Below, piece by piece: positions 9,696 through 20,571 of a stretch of 64,000 bases of DNA (the first letter of the stretch is position 1; each line of letters starts with the position of its first letter). The notes beneath the pieces were generated by a model. The model did no database searches. It had not been told where the DNA came from and was given only the letters and a program-made list of their open reading frames with translations. The stretch is from Candidatus Multivoradales bacterium (lineage in GTDB: Bacteria > Acidobacteriota > Thermoanaerobaculia > Multivoradales > JAHEKO01), in assembly GCA_965223155.1 (NCBI GenBank), contig CBDCVR010000015.1, positions 1,216,001 to 1,280,000 of the forward strand, given 5' to 3'. The translations under genes were made by a program, and so were the position numbers.

Positions 9696-11270
9696 TCAGC
9701 GTTGGACGGCTTCGGTACCGGTCTCGGCTGCGGCTTCGGTCTTGGCTTGGGCGCGCTCGCGGGCCAAATCCCGGGCCCGGCGGAGCTCTTCGCTATCGAT
9801 GCCGGCGGCAAGCGCCCGGTCGAAGTGCGCGAGCGCGACCGCGTAGCGTTCTTGGCGGAAGGCCAGAACGGCGGCGAGCTCGTGCGCCTCACCCGAGCTC
9901 GGACTGAGCCGCAGGAGTTCGTCGAGAGCCTCTTCGGCGTCGGGCAGCCGGCCGAGCTCCAGGAGAAACCGGGTCGCCAGATAGTGGTGCTCGAGTCGGC
10001 CGGGATCCGCTTCCAGGGCGCGCGCGGCGGCCGAGTACGCTTCCTCGGTACGGCCCAGGGAGGCCAAGAGCTTGGCGCGGAAGGCGAGAGCCCGGCCGTG
10101 GGTCGGAACCTCGGCCAGAAGGGTGTCAACGGTCTGGAGCGCCTCGGTCAGACGCCCGGACTGCGCTTCCTCGATGGCCTGGCTGAGGAGGCGCCCGCGG
10201 CGTCCGGCCTGGGCGTCCACCTGGTCCATCCGTTCGCGAAGCTCCGCGAAACGACGCCGCGCCGCGGCGGCTTGCTCGGTTCGCCCCAGGCGGCTCAGGG
10301 CCTCGGCCCGCCGGAACGGGACCTCCGGATCTTGGGGAGCGAGCTGCCCGGCGTGGTCGAGATGGGTCAGAGCTTCCTCCGGACGGTCCTGAGCCAACAA
10401 GAGGCCGGCCAGCTCGAGCCGCTGGGTGACGCCGTCGCGGCCGGCCGCGAGGACCGACTCCAGAGTGTCGATCGCCTCCTGGCCACGTTCCGGAACCTTG
10501 GCCTGGGCAAGGCCGAGGAGCAAGTGGAGCCCCACATCCTCCGGAAACCGTTCGAGGCCCTTGTGAGCGCTGGCTAGCGCGTCTTCGACCCGGCCCTCAG
10601 CCAGAAGCAGCATGCCCAGGTCGGAGAAGAGGCGGGGATGGGGCGTTGCTTGTTCCAGACCTCGTTCCAGGACCGAGAGGGCCTCCGCGCGCCGGTCGAG
10701 GTCGCGAAGCAGGATGGCCGCGAGAAGGTACCCTTCGAGCCGCTCGGGATCCCGTTCGCGTGCCCGTGCGAGCGCCGCGAGCGCCGGTTGGACGGCGCCG
10801 TACCGGGCCAGGGTGCGGCCGCGGGCGAGCTCGACCGCGCCCAGCGGACGGCCCTCGGGGGCGAGCTCGGCCGCGGTGGCGAGGTGGGCCAGGGCCGGAC
10901 CCAGCTCGCCGGCCGCTTCGGCCACCAGGCCCAGGCCCAGAGCGGCACGGTAGTCGGTCGGATCCAGCTGGCGCGCCCGGGCAAACCGCTCACGGGCCTG
11001 GTCCAGGCGGCCGGCCTCGAAGTCCGAGGCGGCCTGGGCCAGAAGACCGCTGGCCTCGGGAGGTCTCTCGGTGCCGGGCTGGTCCGCCGCTCCGATCGGG
11101 GGCGCGGCGAAGCCGAGGCCAAAGACCAAACCAAGAATCAAGAGCGCCGGTGCCAGACCGCCGCCGGCCGTGCTTGCCCAGCCTCGGCGCTGTCCCGAGC
11201 CGAGCCGGGCAGGCCTATCCAGTCCGGCGGACAGACTTGGGCGCTGGCTCGGGAAGCGCGACTCGTGCAT
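9696..11270 (-). CDS. tetratricopeptide-repeat protein, probably exported
   Basis: Repeated TPR-like units (A..L.P......LG); hydrophobic segment near the N-terminus; start uncertain. Confidence 0.8.
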   Translation of the reverse strand: MHESRFPSQRPSLSAGLDRPARLGSGQRRGWASTAGGGLAPALLILGLVFGLGFAAPPIGAADQPGTERPPEASGLLAQAASDFEAGRLDQARERFARARQLDPTDYRAALGLGLVAEAAGELGPALAHLATAAELAPEGRPLGAVELARGRTLARYGAVQPALAALARARERDPERLEGYLLAAILLRDLDRRAEALSVLERGLEQATPHPRLFSDLGMLLLAEGRVEDALASAHKGLERFPEDVGLHLLLGLAQAKVPERGQEAIDTLESVLAAGRDGVTQRLELAGLLLAQDRPEEALTHLDHAGQLAPQDPEVPFRRAEALSRLGRTEQAAAARRRFAELRERMDQVDAQAGRRGRLLSQAIEEAQSGRLTEALQTVDTLLAEVPTHGRALAFRAKLLASLGRTEEAYSAAARALEADPGRLEHHYLATRFLLELGRLPDAEEALDELLRLSPSSGEAHELAAVLAFRQERYAVALAHFDRALAAGIDSEELRRARDLARERAQAKTEAAAETGTEAVQR

Positions 11271-11419
11271 CTCGAGGATGGTAGCAAGGGGTTTCGACCG
11301 GCGGGTGGCGGGCGTGGGTCCGGTACGCGTGGGTCGGTACGGTCGCAAGCCTCGCCGCTTCGGCCGCTTGCCGCCTCTCGCGACGAATGCCGTTGAAACG
11401 AGCGGGCTAGACTCGAGCC

Positions 11420-12370
11420 GTGCGTGGTCTCTGGCTCGAGAACGGTGTCATTCGGCTTCGGGACGATCTCGATCTCCCGAAGCCTCCGGACGGCGAGGCT
11501 CTGCTTCGGGTCCTGCGAGCGGGCGTCTGCTCGACCGATCTCGAATTGGTGCGCGGCTACTATCCCTTCACCGGCATCCTCGGTCACGAGTTCGTGGGAG
11601 TCGTCGAGCAAGGCGGCGGCGAGCTCGCCGGCCGGCGCGTGGTTGGCGAGATCAACGCTGTCTGCGGGAGCTGCCGGGAATGCCGGGCCGGTCGCCGAAG
11701 TCATTGCCGGCGGCGCACGGTCTTGGGGATTGCCGGCCGAAACGGCGCTTTCGCCGAGTTTCTGACTCTGCCGGTCGAGAACCTCCACCCGGTGCCGCCG
11801 GAACTGGCCGAGGAGTGCGCCACCTTCGTCGAGCCACTGGCGGCGGCGCTCGAGATCCTCGAGCAGGTCTCGATCGGGGAGGCTGAGCGCGTCCTCCTCG
11901 TGGGAGACGGACGGCTCGGGCTCTTGATCGCTCAGGTTCTGAGGCGGACCGGGTGCCGGCTCGAGGTCGTCAGCCGGCGCGAACGCAAGCGCCAGCTACT
12001 GGCCGGTTGGGCGATTCCCACGATCGATACGGCTGAGATCGAGGCGGCGGCCTACGACGTCGCGGTCGAAGCCACGGGACGGCCCGAGGGGTTCGATCTC
12101 GCGCGCCGGGCCTTGCGCCCGCGCGGCACCCTGGTCTTGAAGTCGACCTACGCCGGGTCGCTCGAGCTCGACGCCTCGAGCCTGGTGGTCGACGAGATCA
12201 CGGTCGTCGGATCGCGCTGCGGCCCATTTCCGCCGGCGATCGGGCTCCTGGCCAACGACGAGATCGAAGTCTCGGCCTTGATCGACGCCGAGCTGCCGCT
12301 CGATCGCGCGGAGGCCGCATTCGACCTCGCGGACCAGCCGGGCGCGCTCAAGATCCTCCTCGCCCCGTAG
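11420..12370 (+). CDS. Zn-dependent medium-chain dehydrogenase
   Basis: GVCSTD, GHE, CGSCREC...C structural Zn site, GDGRLG nucleotide-binding motif. Confidence 0.9.
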   Translation: MRGLWLENGVIRLRDDLDLPKPPDGEALLRVLRAGVCSTDLELVRGYYPFTGILGHEFVGVVEQGGGELAGRRVVGEINAVCGSCRECRAGRRSHCRRRTVLGIAGRNGAFAEFLTLPVENLHPVPPELAEECATFVEPLAAALEILEQVSIGEAERVLLVGDGRLGLLIAQVLRRTGCRLEVVSRRERKRQLLAGWAIPTIDTAEIEAAAYDVAVEATGRPEGFDLARRALRPRGTLVLKSTYAGSLELDASSLVVDEITVVGSRCGPFPPAIGLLANDEIEVSALIDAELPLDRAEAAFDLADQPGALKILLAP

Positions 12371-12542
12371 GTGGCCCGGACGCCGGTCAGGGCCGGCCTG
12401 TGTCGGTCCGCGGCGGTCCGGGCCGCGACCGCGGAAAATGATTCCGGAACCGGTCCGAGAGCGCTATCATCCGGCGATACCTGGACTCCAGTCCGAGCTC
12501 CACGCCGGGAAGCGGGCCTGTGTCCGCTCGCCGGGGGACCCG

Positions 12543-13445
12543 ATGAGCGACGCCCATCCCAAGATTTTCACCGATCTGCCCGACGAGATTCGAGATCTGC
12601 GCGACGCGGCCGCGATCGTCATCCCGGTCCCGTACGACCTGACCTCGAGCTGGCTCCGGGGCTCGGCCGCGGGCCCGGAGGCGATCCTGGAGGCCTCCCA
12701 GTACGTCGAGGTCTGGGACATCGAGACTGCAAGCGAGCCTTGGCGCTCGGGCATCGTCTGGGGAGATCCGGTCCGGTTCGACGGCCCTCCCGACGAGCTC
12801 GCCCTGCGGGTGGACGAGATCGTGGTCACCGCCTTCGGCCACAAGCAGCTTCCCATCGTCGTGGGCGGCGAGCATTCGGTGACCCTGGGAGCCGCGCGGG
12901 CGGCGGCCAACGTCTACCCGGAGGTCACCATCCTCCAGATCGACGCCCATGCCGACACGCGCCAGACCTACCGCGGCACGGCCTACGGCCACGCCAGCGT
13001 CATGGCCCGCATTCGCGAGCACTCTCCGATCGTGCAGGTGGGAATTCGGAGCGTCGATACCGAGGAGGTGCCGGATCTCGATCTGGACCGGGTGTTCTGG
13101 GCCAAGGACATCGTCGCCGACCGGGATCAGGCCTGGATCGACGCGGTCGTGGACCGTCTGTCGAACGAGGTCTACGTGACCATCGACATGGACGGCTTCG
13201 ATCCATCCTTGGTGCCGGCGACTGGCACCCCGGAGCCCGGCGGGCTGGGCTGGTACGAAGTCAATGACCTGCTGGCGCGGGTCGCCGCTTCCCGGCGCGT
13301 GGTGGGCTTCGACGTCGTCGAGCTGCTGCCCGGTCATCCGCCCTCGGCGTTTCTGGCCGCCAAGCTGATCTACCGCTTCCTGGCGGAGATCCAGGCAGCG
13401 GACCGGGCCCGGGAATCGGGCGAGCGGCCGGGACCGATCGAATAG
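12543..13445 (+). CDS. speB: agmatinase (ureohydrolase family)
   Basis: GGEHS, DAHAD, TIDMDGFDP, TGTPEPGG motifs. Confidence 0.88.
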   Translation: MSDAHPKIFTDLPDEIRDLRDAAAIVIPVPYDLTSSWLRGSAAGPEAILEASQYVEVWDIETASEPWRSGIVWGDPVRFDGPPDELALRVDEIVVTAFGHKQLPIVVGGEHSVTLGAARAAANVYPEVTILQIDAHADTRQTYRGTAYGHASVMARIREHSPIVQVGIRSVDTEEVPDLDLDRVFWAKDIVADRDQAWIDAVVDRLSNEVYVTIDMDGFDPSLVPATGTPEPGGLGWYEVNDLLARVAASRRVVGFDVVELLPGHPPSAFLAAKLIYRFLAEIQAADRARESGERPGPIE

Positions 13446-13573
13446 CAAGCGGTCTTCGATCCGGAGCCGGATCCCGGCCAGAGCGAGCCGCTCAGGCTCG
13501 ACTCTTGCGGTTCGACCCCTGCTACACTCCGCCTTCCTTCGCTCCTCGGCGCCGCCCGTCCCGGCAAGCTTCC

Positions 13574-16135
13574 ATGAGCTCCTACGATCCCGAACGAATT
13601 CCCAAGAAGGCCTCGCTCGACGGGCTCGAAGAGAGGTGGAGCGAACGTTGGGAGGAGGCCGGGGCCTACCGGTTCGATCGCGGAGCCCGGCGCGAAGAGG
13701 TCTATTCGATCGACACACCGCCACCCACGGTCTCGGGCTCGCTCCACGTCGGTCATGTCTTTTCCTATACCCAGACCGACGCGGTGGCGCGTTTCCAGCG
13801 CATGCGCGGGCGCAAGGTCTTCTACCCGATGGGTTGGGACGACAACGGCCTGCCTACCGAGCGCCGGGTGCAGAACTACTACGGGGTCCGCTGCGAGCCG
13901 TCGCTGCCGTACGATGCCGAGTTCACGCCGCCCGAGTCTCCGGGCAAGGAGCTCGTGCCGGTCTCCAGGCGGAACTTCGTCGAGCTTTGCCTCGAGCTTA
14001 CCGAGATCGACGAGCGCGCCTTCGAAGAGCTGTGGCGGCGACTCGGCTTGTCGGTGGATTGGTCGCTCACCTACACCACGATCGGGGAAGTCGCGCAGCG
14101 GGTATCCCAGCGCGCCTTCCTGCGCATGCTCGAACGGGACGAGGCCTACCAGATCGAGGCGCCCACCCTCTGGGACGTGGACTTTCGCACCGCCGTCGCG
14201 CAGGCCGAGATCGAAGACCGGGAGAAGCCCGGGGCGTACCACCGGATAGCCTTCCACCGTGGATCGGGAGGCGACGGCGCCGCCGCCGTGGCGATCGAGA
14301 CCACCCGCCCGGAGCTCATTCCGGCCTGCGTCGCGCTGGTGGCGCACCCGGACGACGAGCGCTACCAGGATCTGTTTGGATCCTCGGTGACGACTCCTCT
14401 CTTTGGCGTCGAGGTGCCGGTGTGCCCGCACGAGCTGGCCGATCCGGAAAAGGGGAGCGGTATCGCCATGATCTGCACCTTCGGCGACGCCACCGACATC
14501 GTCTGGTGGCGAGAGCTCAAGCTGCCGGTGCGGACGATCGTCAACCGCCAGGGCCGTCTCAAGGAGATTCCCTGGGGCGAGCCCGGCTGGGAGAGCCGCG
14601 ACGTCGAGGCCGCCCGCGCGGCCTACGCCGAGCTCGAGGGTCGGACCGCAAAGCAGGCACGCCGAGCGATCGTCGAACAGCTCGAGGCGAGCGGCGAGCT
14701 TCTGGGCGAGCCCAAGCCGATCACCCACCCCGTGAAGTTCTATGAAAAGGGCGACCGCCCGCTCGAGATCGTCACCAGCCGGCAGTGGTTCGTGCCGACC
14801 CTGCGCTATCGGGACCAGCTCTTGCGGCGAGGCGAGCAGCTAGCCTGGTTTCCCGAGCACATGCGCGTCCGCTACTCGGCCTGGGTGGAAGGCCTCAACA
14901 CCGACTGGTGCATCAGCCGGCAGCGCTTCTTCGGCGTGCCGTTTCCGGTCTGGTACCGGATCGGCGAAGACGGGGAGGTGGACTACGAGGCCCGGCTGCT
15001 GCCTCCCGAGGACGAGCTGCCGATCGATCCGTCGAGCGACGTTCCCGCCGGATTCAAGGAAGAGGACCGCGACCGCCCCGGTGGCTTTACCGGCGATCCG
15101 GACGTCATGGACACCTGGGCCACGAGCTCGCTCTCGCCCCAGATCGCCGGCGGCTGGTGCGAGGCCGAAGGTCTCTTTGCCGCGGTCTTCCCGATGGATC
15201 TGCGCCCGCAGGCCCACGAGATCATCCGTACCTGGCTCTTCTCGACCGTGGTGCGTGCCCACTTCGAGCACGACTCGCTGCCCTGGTCCAACGCCGCGAT
15301 CTCGGGCTGGATCCTGGATCCCGACCGCAAGAAGATGTCGAAGTCCAAGGGCAACGTCGTCACGCCACTCGACCTGCTCGAACAGTACGGCTCCGACGGG
15401 GTGCGCTACTGGGCGACCAGCGCGCGGCTCGGGGTCGATACCGCCTTCGACGAAGGTCAGCTCCGCATCGGTCGGAAACTGGCGCTCAAGGTCGCCAACG
15501 CGGCCCGGTTCGTCCTGTCCCGCGGCGGTCCCACGGGCGCGGTCACCCAGCCCCTGGACCGGGCGATGCTGGCGGCTCTCGCCGAGGTCGTCGAGGAGGC
15601 GACCCGGGACTTCGAGGCCTACGACCAAGCCCGGGCCCTAGAGCGGATCGAGCGCTTCTTCTGGTCGTTTTGCGACAACTACCTGGAGCTGGTCAAGAGC
15701 CGCTCATATGGCAATGAGGGCGAGGCGGCGGCCGCTTCCGCGAACACGGCGCTGCTGACCGCCCTCGAGGCGCAGCTCCGGCTCTTGGCGCCGTTTCTGC
15801 CGTTCGTCACCGAGGAGGTCTGGTCCTGGTGGCAGCCGGGCTCGATTCACGGGAGCCCATGGCCGGAGGCCGAAGACCTCCGGGCTCTGGCCGAAGCCGG
15901 GCAGCCCCTGGCTTTGGAAGCGGCCTCCGCGGCCCTGGCCGAGATCCGGCGCGCCAAGACCGAGGCCAAGGTCTCGCTCCGGACCGAAGTGGCGCGGGCG
16001 ACGGTCACCGATTCCGCCGAGCGGCTCGAAGCCCTACGCCGGGTGGAAAGCGATCTCGCCGCCGCCGGCCGAGTCGAACAAATGGTTCTCGAGCCGGGAG
16101 CGGCGTTCACGGTCGCCGTCGAGCTCGCAGAGTAA
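13574..16135 (+). CDS. valS: valine--tRNA ligase (type 2)
   Basis: DTPPPTVSGSLHVGH, DWCISRQR, MDTWATSS, KMSKS. Confidence 0.95.
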   Translation: MSSYDPERIPKKASLDGLEERWSERWEEAGAYRFDRGARREEVYSIDTPPPTVSGSLHVGHVFSYTQTDAVARFQRMRGRKVFYPMGWDDNGLPTERRVQNYYGVRCEPSLPYDAEFTPPESPGKELVPVSRRNFVELCLELTEIDERAFEELWRRLGLSVDWSLTYTTIGEVAQRVSQRAFLRMLERDEAYQIEAPTLWDVDFRTAVAQAEIEDREKPGAYHRIAFHRGSGGDGAAAVAIETTRPELIPACVALVAHPDDERYQDLFGSSVTTPLFGVEVPVCPHELADPEKGSGIAMICTFGDATDIVWWRELKLPVRTIVNRQGRLKEIPWGEPGWESRDVEAARAAYAELEGRTAKQARRAIVEQLEASGELLGEPKPITHPVKFYEKGDRPLEIVTSRQWFVPTLRYRDQLLRRGEQLAWFPEHMRVRYSAWVEGLNTDWCISRQRFFGVPFPVWYRIGEDGEVDYEARLLPPEDELPIDPSSDVPAGFKEEDRDRPGGFTGDPDVMDTWATSSLSPQIAGGWCEAEGLFAAVFPMDLRPQAHEIIRTWLFSTVVRAHFEHDSLPWSNAAISGWILDPDRKKMSKSKGNVVTPLDLLEQYGSDGVRYWATSARLGVDTAFDEGQLRIGRKLALKVANAARFVLSRGGPTGAVTQPLDRAMLAALAEVVEEATRDFEAYDQARALERIERFFWSFCDNYLELVKSRSYGNEGEAAAASANTALLTALEAQLRLLAPFLPFVTEEVWSWWQPGSIHGSPWPEAEDLRALAEAGQPLALEAASAALAEIRRAKTEAKVSLRTEVARATVTDSAERLEALRRVESDLAAAGRVEQMVLEPGAAFTVAVELAE

Positions 16136-16159
16136 CCTGTACGTCGCGGCGGCGGCCGA

Positions 16160-17236
16160 TCAGTCGCCCAGGCAGATTCCGATGTCGCGCGCCGAGTGGA
16201 CGACGTCGCTGTCGAGCGGAACCGTCTTCATCCGGCGGGTCGCTTCGGCCAGGCTCACCGTGCGCACGGTGGGCGGGTCGAGGGCGACCATGACACCGTG
16301 CCGCTCCTCGGCCAGCACCCGCACCGCGGCGGCGCCAAAGCGCAGAGCAAGCAGCCGGTCGTAGGAGACCGGCCAGCCGCCGCGCTGGAGGTGGCCGAGC
16401 ACCACCGACCGGGTCTCTTTGCCGGTGCGCTCGCCGATCTGGCGGGCCACTCGTTCGGCCACGCCGCCGAGGACGACTTCGCGTCCGGTGGCGTCGGTGT
16501 CCTTGGCGGTGATGTCTCCGCCCACGGGGCGCGCTCCCTCTGCGACCACTACGAGAGCGAAGTGCCGGCCGCGCTCCTCGCGCTGACGGATCTTGGCGCA
16601 AACGGACTCGATCCGGTACGGGATCTCGGGGATCAGGATCGCGTCGGCGCCGCCGGCCAGCCCGGCGTAGAGCGCGATCCAGCCCGCGTACCGGCCCATG
16701 ACCTCGATGGTGAAGACCCGATCGTGGGCTTCGGCCGTCGAATGCAGCCGGTCGATCGCCTCGGTGGCGATGGTGACCGCGGTCTGGAAGCCGAAGGTCA
16801 CCACCGTGCCGGCCAGATCGTTGTCGATGGTCTTGGGCACCCCCACAATCGGTATGCCCAACCCGTCCAGCTTCGAGGCAATGCGCATCGAGCCGTCGCC
16901 GCCGATCGCGATGAGGGCGTCCAGCTCGAGCTTCTGGAAATTGCGAACGACTTCCGCGGAGCGGTCCGCGAGCTCGCCCGAGTCGCTTACCGGATAGGAG
17001 AACGGATCGCCGCGGTTCGTGGTGCCCAGGATGGTTCCGCCGCGGTGGGCGATGCCACGTACCGCTTCGCGGTCGAGGGTCATCGTCCGGCTCGTGTCGA
17101 GGAGGCCTTCGTAGCCGCGGCAGATGCCGACGACTTCCCAGCCCCGGTCGATCGAGGCGAGGGTGGCCGAGCGGATGACCGCGTTGAGACCCGGCGCATC
17201 GCCGCCGCCGGTGTTGATGGCGATTCTCTTGGTCAA
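16160..17236 (-). CDS. pfkA: 6-phosphofructokinase (PfkA family, probably ATP-dependent)
   Basis: TGGGDAPGLNA, GGTILGT, GGDGS, PKTIDND, EVMGR, LGHLQRGG; TTG start. Confidence 0.92.
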   Translation of the reverse strand: MTKRIAINTGGGDAPGLNAVIRSATLASIDRGWEVVGICRGYEGLLDTSRTMTLDREAVRGIAHRGGTILGTTNRGDPFSYPVSDSGELADRSAEVVRNFQKLELDALIAIGGDGSMRIASKLDGLGIPIVGVPKTIDNDLAGTVVTFGFQTAVTIATEAIDRLHSTAEAHDRVFTIEVMGRYAGWIALYAGLAGGADAILIPEIPYRIESVCAKIRQREERGRHFALVVVAEGARPVGGDITAKDTDATGREVVLGGVAERVARQIGERTGKETRSVVLGHLQRGGWPVSYDRLLALRFGAAAVRVLAEERHGVMVALDPPTVRTVSLAEATRRMKTVPLDSDVVHSARDIGICLGD

Positions 17237-17242
17237 GGGACC

Positions 17243-17785
17243 CTACTCGCCGGCGTGTCGGGGATAGAAGTCGAAAGGGTTCTCGGACGAGGTCAGGGCC
17301 TTGGCGACGTAGACGATCTGGCCGGTGTGGTAGCTCATGTGCTCGACTGCGTGCACGAGGGCGCTGCGCCGGTCGGTGGCGTAGCCCTGAATCGTGCATT
17401 TGGGCTCGAGGTCGGCGTCGCTGAGCGAGCCGAGCACCCGGTGAGCCGCCGCGACCGTTTCCGCCAGAAGGGCTAGGAGCTCCTCTTTCGAATGCGACCG
17501 GTCGGCGGTGAACTCGCCCGCCCGATCCCGCTCGTAGGCGCGCTCGCCCAGCGCTTCGAGGATCCAGAGCGAGAGGTTGCCGCGCAGGTGCAAGAGCAGA
17601 TTGCCGACGCTCAGGGCGTTGGCGTGTGGGCGCCACCAGAGCTGGTCTTCACTCAGCCGGCTGGTGGCCAGACCGATCTTGTCGAGGTACTCGTCGAGGT
17701 AGCGCGTGCCGAGCTCGACCAGAGACCGGCTGGGTCCGCCTTCGAGCGCGGTTGTGGGGACCTCGGTTGTTTCCGTCTCGGACAT
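17243..17785 (-). CDS. DinB/DUF1572-like protein
   Basis: QLWWRP..N..SVGNLLLHL.GN, YERDR..EF, H.VEH..YH.GQI. Confidence 0.85.
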   Translation of the reverse strand: MSETETTEVPTTALEGGPSRSLVELGTRYLDEYLDKIGLATSRLSEDQLWWRPHANALSVGNLLLHLRGNLSLWILEALGERAYERDRAGEFTADRSHSKEELLALLAETVAAAHRVLGSLSDADLEPKCTIQGYATDRRSALVHAVEHMSYHTGQIVYVAKALTSSENPFDFYPRHAGE

Positions 17786-17892
17786 GGGCGCAACGATACC
17801 CGATCGGCCATCCACGGCCGGCCGGCTCGGGCCGGCTCGGATTGCCACTGCCGGGCTCCGACCACCGTGGCGCTGGATAAGATCGAACGCCG

Positions 17893-18360
17893 ATGCGCTA
17901 CGCTTTCCGCTCTTGGGTCGCGTCCACGTGCCGGACGGCGATGGTCTGGGGCATCGGCGTGCTGGCGCTCCTGGGCGGCCTGACCTGGCTGTTTCGGCAG
18001 CCCTCGACCGGCGCGCCGCTGGGACGGGCCTTTGGCGTCCTGGTTTTCTACGGCGTGCTCTTCTTGCTGACCCTGGTCAAGATCTGGTGGACGGCAGTGC
18101 GCTCCCCCGCGGTGGTGTTGGACGAAGAGACTCTCGGGTACCAGCCCCTGCATACCTTCCGCCGCCGCACGATTCCGCTCGCCGGGATCCGCTCGTGCGC
18201 GATGAAGCCCGGTACTCAGAGTCTGGGCTTTGTGTACCGGCCGTCTCCGGACCGCGAGCGGCAGTTCTTTCTGAATCTGGCGGTCGTCGACCGGCGCAAC
18301 GAGTTTCTGCACGAGCTCGCCGGCAAGCTGGCGCCCAACGGCGTGGCCATCGAGCGCTAG
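17893..18360 (+). CDS. hypothetical membrane protein
   Basis: Two hydrophobic segments followed by a small soluble domain; fills the gap between dinB and the malate synthase promoter. Confidence 0.65.
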   Translation: MRYAFRSWVASTCRTAMVWGIGVLALLGGLTWLFRQPSTGAPLGRAFGVLVFYGVLFLLTLVKIWWTAVRSPAVVLDEETLGYQPLHTFRRRTIPLAGIRSCAMKPGTQSLGFVYRPSPDRERQFFLNLAVVDRRNEFLHELAGKLAPNGVAIER

Positions 18361-18464
18361 GTTTCGGCAGGCCCCGGTCTCCCATGTGGATGCCAGAGGT
18401 GTGTCGATGGCCGAGAGCGGGCGGGAGAGCCGGCTCGGACGGCGCGGGATGGGATCGAGCCTTG

Positions 18465-18511
18465 GCGCGAAGAACTTCGCGCTTGGCGGAATTTCGCTAG
18501 GCTGCTAGAAT
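18465..18511 (+). promoter_or_regulatory. glyoxylate-operon promoter with palindromic operator
   Basis: GCGCGAAG-AA-CTTCGCGC (18465-18482) abutting TTGGCG-17 bp-TAGAAT with TGn extended -10. Confidence 0.6.
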
Positions 18512-18543
18512 GCCGGCCGTCCCGCCGCGCCAGATCCGTCGGC

Positions 18544-20571
18544 GTGGCCGAAACCAAGACCGCGAGTCGAGGAGACAGGCTTCTGATCCAAATCGGTGAC
18601 CTTGAGATCCGTGGAGACCTTGCCGACGAGTTTGGCGATGTCTTGACGGTGGCGTCCCTCGAGACGATCGCTCAGCTCGCGCCGCTGAACGATCGGCGGT
18701 CGATTCTGATGGCCGAGCGCCAGGAGCGCCGCGCCGAGCGCGCCGCCGCCGGGCGCCGGATCGGCTTTCTGGATCCGGATATGACGATTCCCGGAACCGG
18801 TCTAACCGTGCGAGAGGCGCGGGAGGGGCGGTTCGAGGGCAGCGAGATTCCGGCCGATCTCCGGCGCCAGTGGATCCAAGGCACTGGCCCGGCTGCTCGC
18901 CCCAGGGCGGCAACGCGGGTGGGCCTGCGCAACGTTGCTTACGCACTTCTGTCGGGTGCCGACGGCTGGATGTTCGACGGCGAGGATGCGCTCGGCCAGA
19001 TCTCGACCATGTCACTCGACAGCCAGAGGAACTTGAAGCTCGCAATCCATGAGGACCGTCGTTTTCTAGACGTGGCCGAAGGCGTCGCTGCCGAGATGAA
19101 CGAGTGGGCTCGGAACCATCTCGGCCGGCCGATCGTCGGCGACTGGCGCGCCCAGCTTGGTTTCACGACCAAGATCTATCGCGCCCGCGGTCTCCACCTG
19201 GACGATCGCCAAGTCCGCTTGGCCGGTGGCGGAGGCCTGTGCGCCTCCATCGTCGATACGGCACTCTACGTGACCAACAATGCCGAGGCGCTGCGGCGGG
19301 CGGGTTCCTCGATCGTGCTCTACCTGCCCAAGATCCAGGTCGCAGCGGAAGCGGCGTTGTGGAATGACATTCTGGATGTCATCGAACGGCATCTGGGGCT
19401 CGCGGCCGGGACGATCAAGGCCTATGTGCTGGTCGAGCAAGTGGAGGCTTCGTTCCAGTTGATGGAGATCCGGGCCGCCCTGGGCAGGCACTTCGTCGGC
19501 TACAACACCGGCCGCTGGGACTACATCAACAGCGTCTCGGATGCCATGGCCTGGAACCCGCGCTTCGTGAACCCGAACATCGATGCGATCAGCATGACCT
19601 GGGGCTACATGCGCACCTACGAGGATCGCGTCCGGCGTGCCGTCAACACCCCCGACCGCGACGGTCGCTGCGCCCTCTGGCAGGGGGGCATGGAACCGAA
19701 TATCCCGGTGGGCTCGGCCGAAGGTGTTGCCGCGGGGATGGAGCGGGCGCTCGCCGGGGCGAGGCGTGAGCAGAGCGCCGGCGCCAGCGGCAAGTGGGTG
19801 GCGCACTGGAAGATGGTCCATGTCGTGCGACCGGTCTGGGAGACGGTCGGTGACGATAACCAGCTCGGGCGACTCTTCCCGCCGCTTACCTATGCCGAAC
19901 AGGACGCGGCGGCCCTCTTCGCCCTGGAGCCGGCGCCACGCACGGTACGTGGCACCCGCGACCTCATCAGCGTGGGCCTGCAATACGGCAACGCGTTCTT
20001 GCGTGGCTTTCAGGCGGCGGCGCTCAAGCCAGCGGATTTCTTTGGCGATGACAGCGTGCTCTATCTGATGGAGGACATGGCGACGGGCGAGATCCGTCTC
20101 TCGATCCTTTGGGAGTGGCTGCACAAGGCCGCACCCTTCACCGATGACGACGCCGAGACCGGTGTTCGGGCGGGAGATGCCTTCTCCCCCGAGCTCTTCA
20201 CCCAACTGCTGGCCGAGGAGCACGACAAGCTTGTCACTGCCGGCAACCGCGATGTCCACGACGACTCGAAGGGCACGACGCTGCCGATCGCGCGCCGGAT
20301 CGTCGAGGTCTACGTTACGGATCCCGTCAAGATGCCCTGGTATATCGATCTGCTGAACCTGAATCTGGGTTTGGAAGATCTCGAGGTCGCGCGCCAGCGC
20401 ATCGAGCGTTTCGTGCGCACGTTCCACCGCAGTGGCCGGCGCATCACCGAGAACCCGGATTTCGGACCGAGCCCCGAGGTCGCCACCGACGCACCCGCGC
20501 GGGAGGCGAGCGAACCCACCTCGGGGGAACCCGTTGGCCGCCGTCCGCCGACCCCTGAGGAGACTGCATGA
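18544..20571 (+). CDS. aceB: malate synthase
   Basis: [50 protein letters not shown]; coupled to isocitrate lyase. Confidence 0.88.
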   Translation: MAETKTASRGDRLLIQIGDLEIRGDLADEFGDVLTVASLETIAQLAPLNDRRSILMAERQERRAERAAAGRRIGFLDPDMTIPGTGLTVREAREGRFEGSEIPADLRRQWIQGTGPAARPRAATRVGLRNVAYALLSGADGWMFDGEDALGQISTMSLDSQRNLKLAIHEDRRFLDVAEGVAAEMNEWARNHLGRPIVGDWRAQLGFTTKIYRARGLHLDDRQVRLAGGGGLCASIVDTALYVTNNAEALRRAGSSIVLYLPKIQVAAEAALWNDILDVIERHLGLAAGTIKAYVLVEQVEASFQLMEIRAALGRHFVGYNTGRWDYINSVSDAMAWNPRFVNPNIDAISMTWGYMRTYEDRVRRAVNTPDRDGRCALWQGGMEPNIPVGSAEGVAAGMERALAGARREQSAGASGKWVAHWKMVHVVRPVWETVGDDNQLGRLFPPLTYAEQDAAALFALEPAPRTVRGTRDLISVGLQYGNAFLRGFQAAALKPADFFGDDSVLYLMEDMATGEIRLSILWEWLHKAAPFTDDDAETGVRAGDAFSPELFTQLLAEEHDKLVTAGNRDVHDDSKGTTLPIARRIVEVYVTDPVKMPWYIDLLNLNLGLEDLEVARQRIERFVRTFHRSGRRITENPDFGPSPEVATDAPAREASEPTSGEPVGRRPPTPEETA

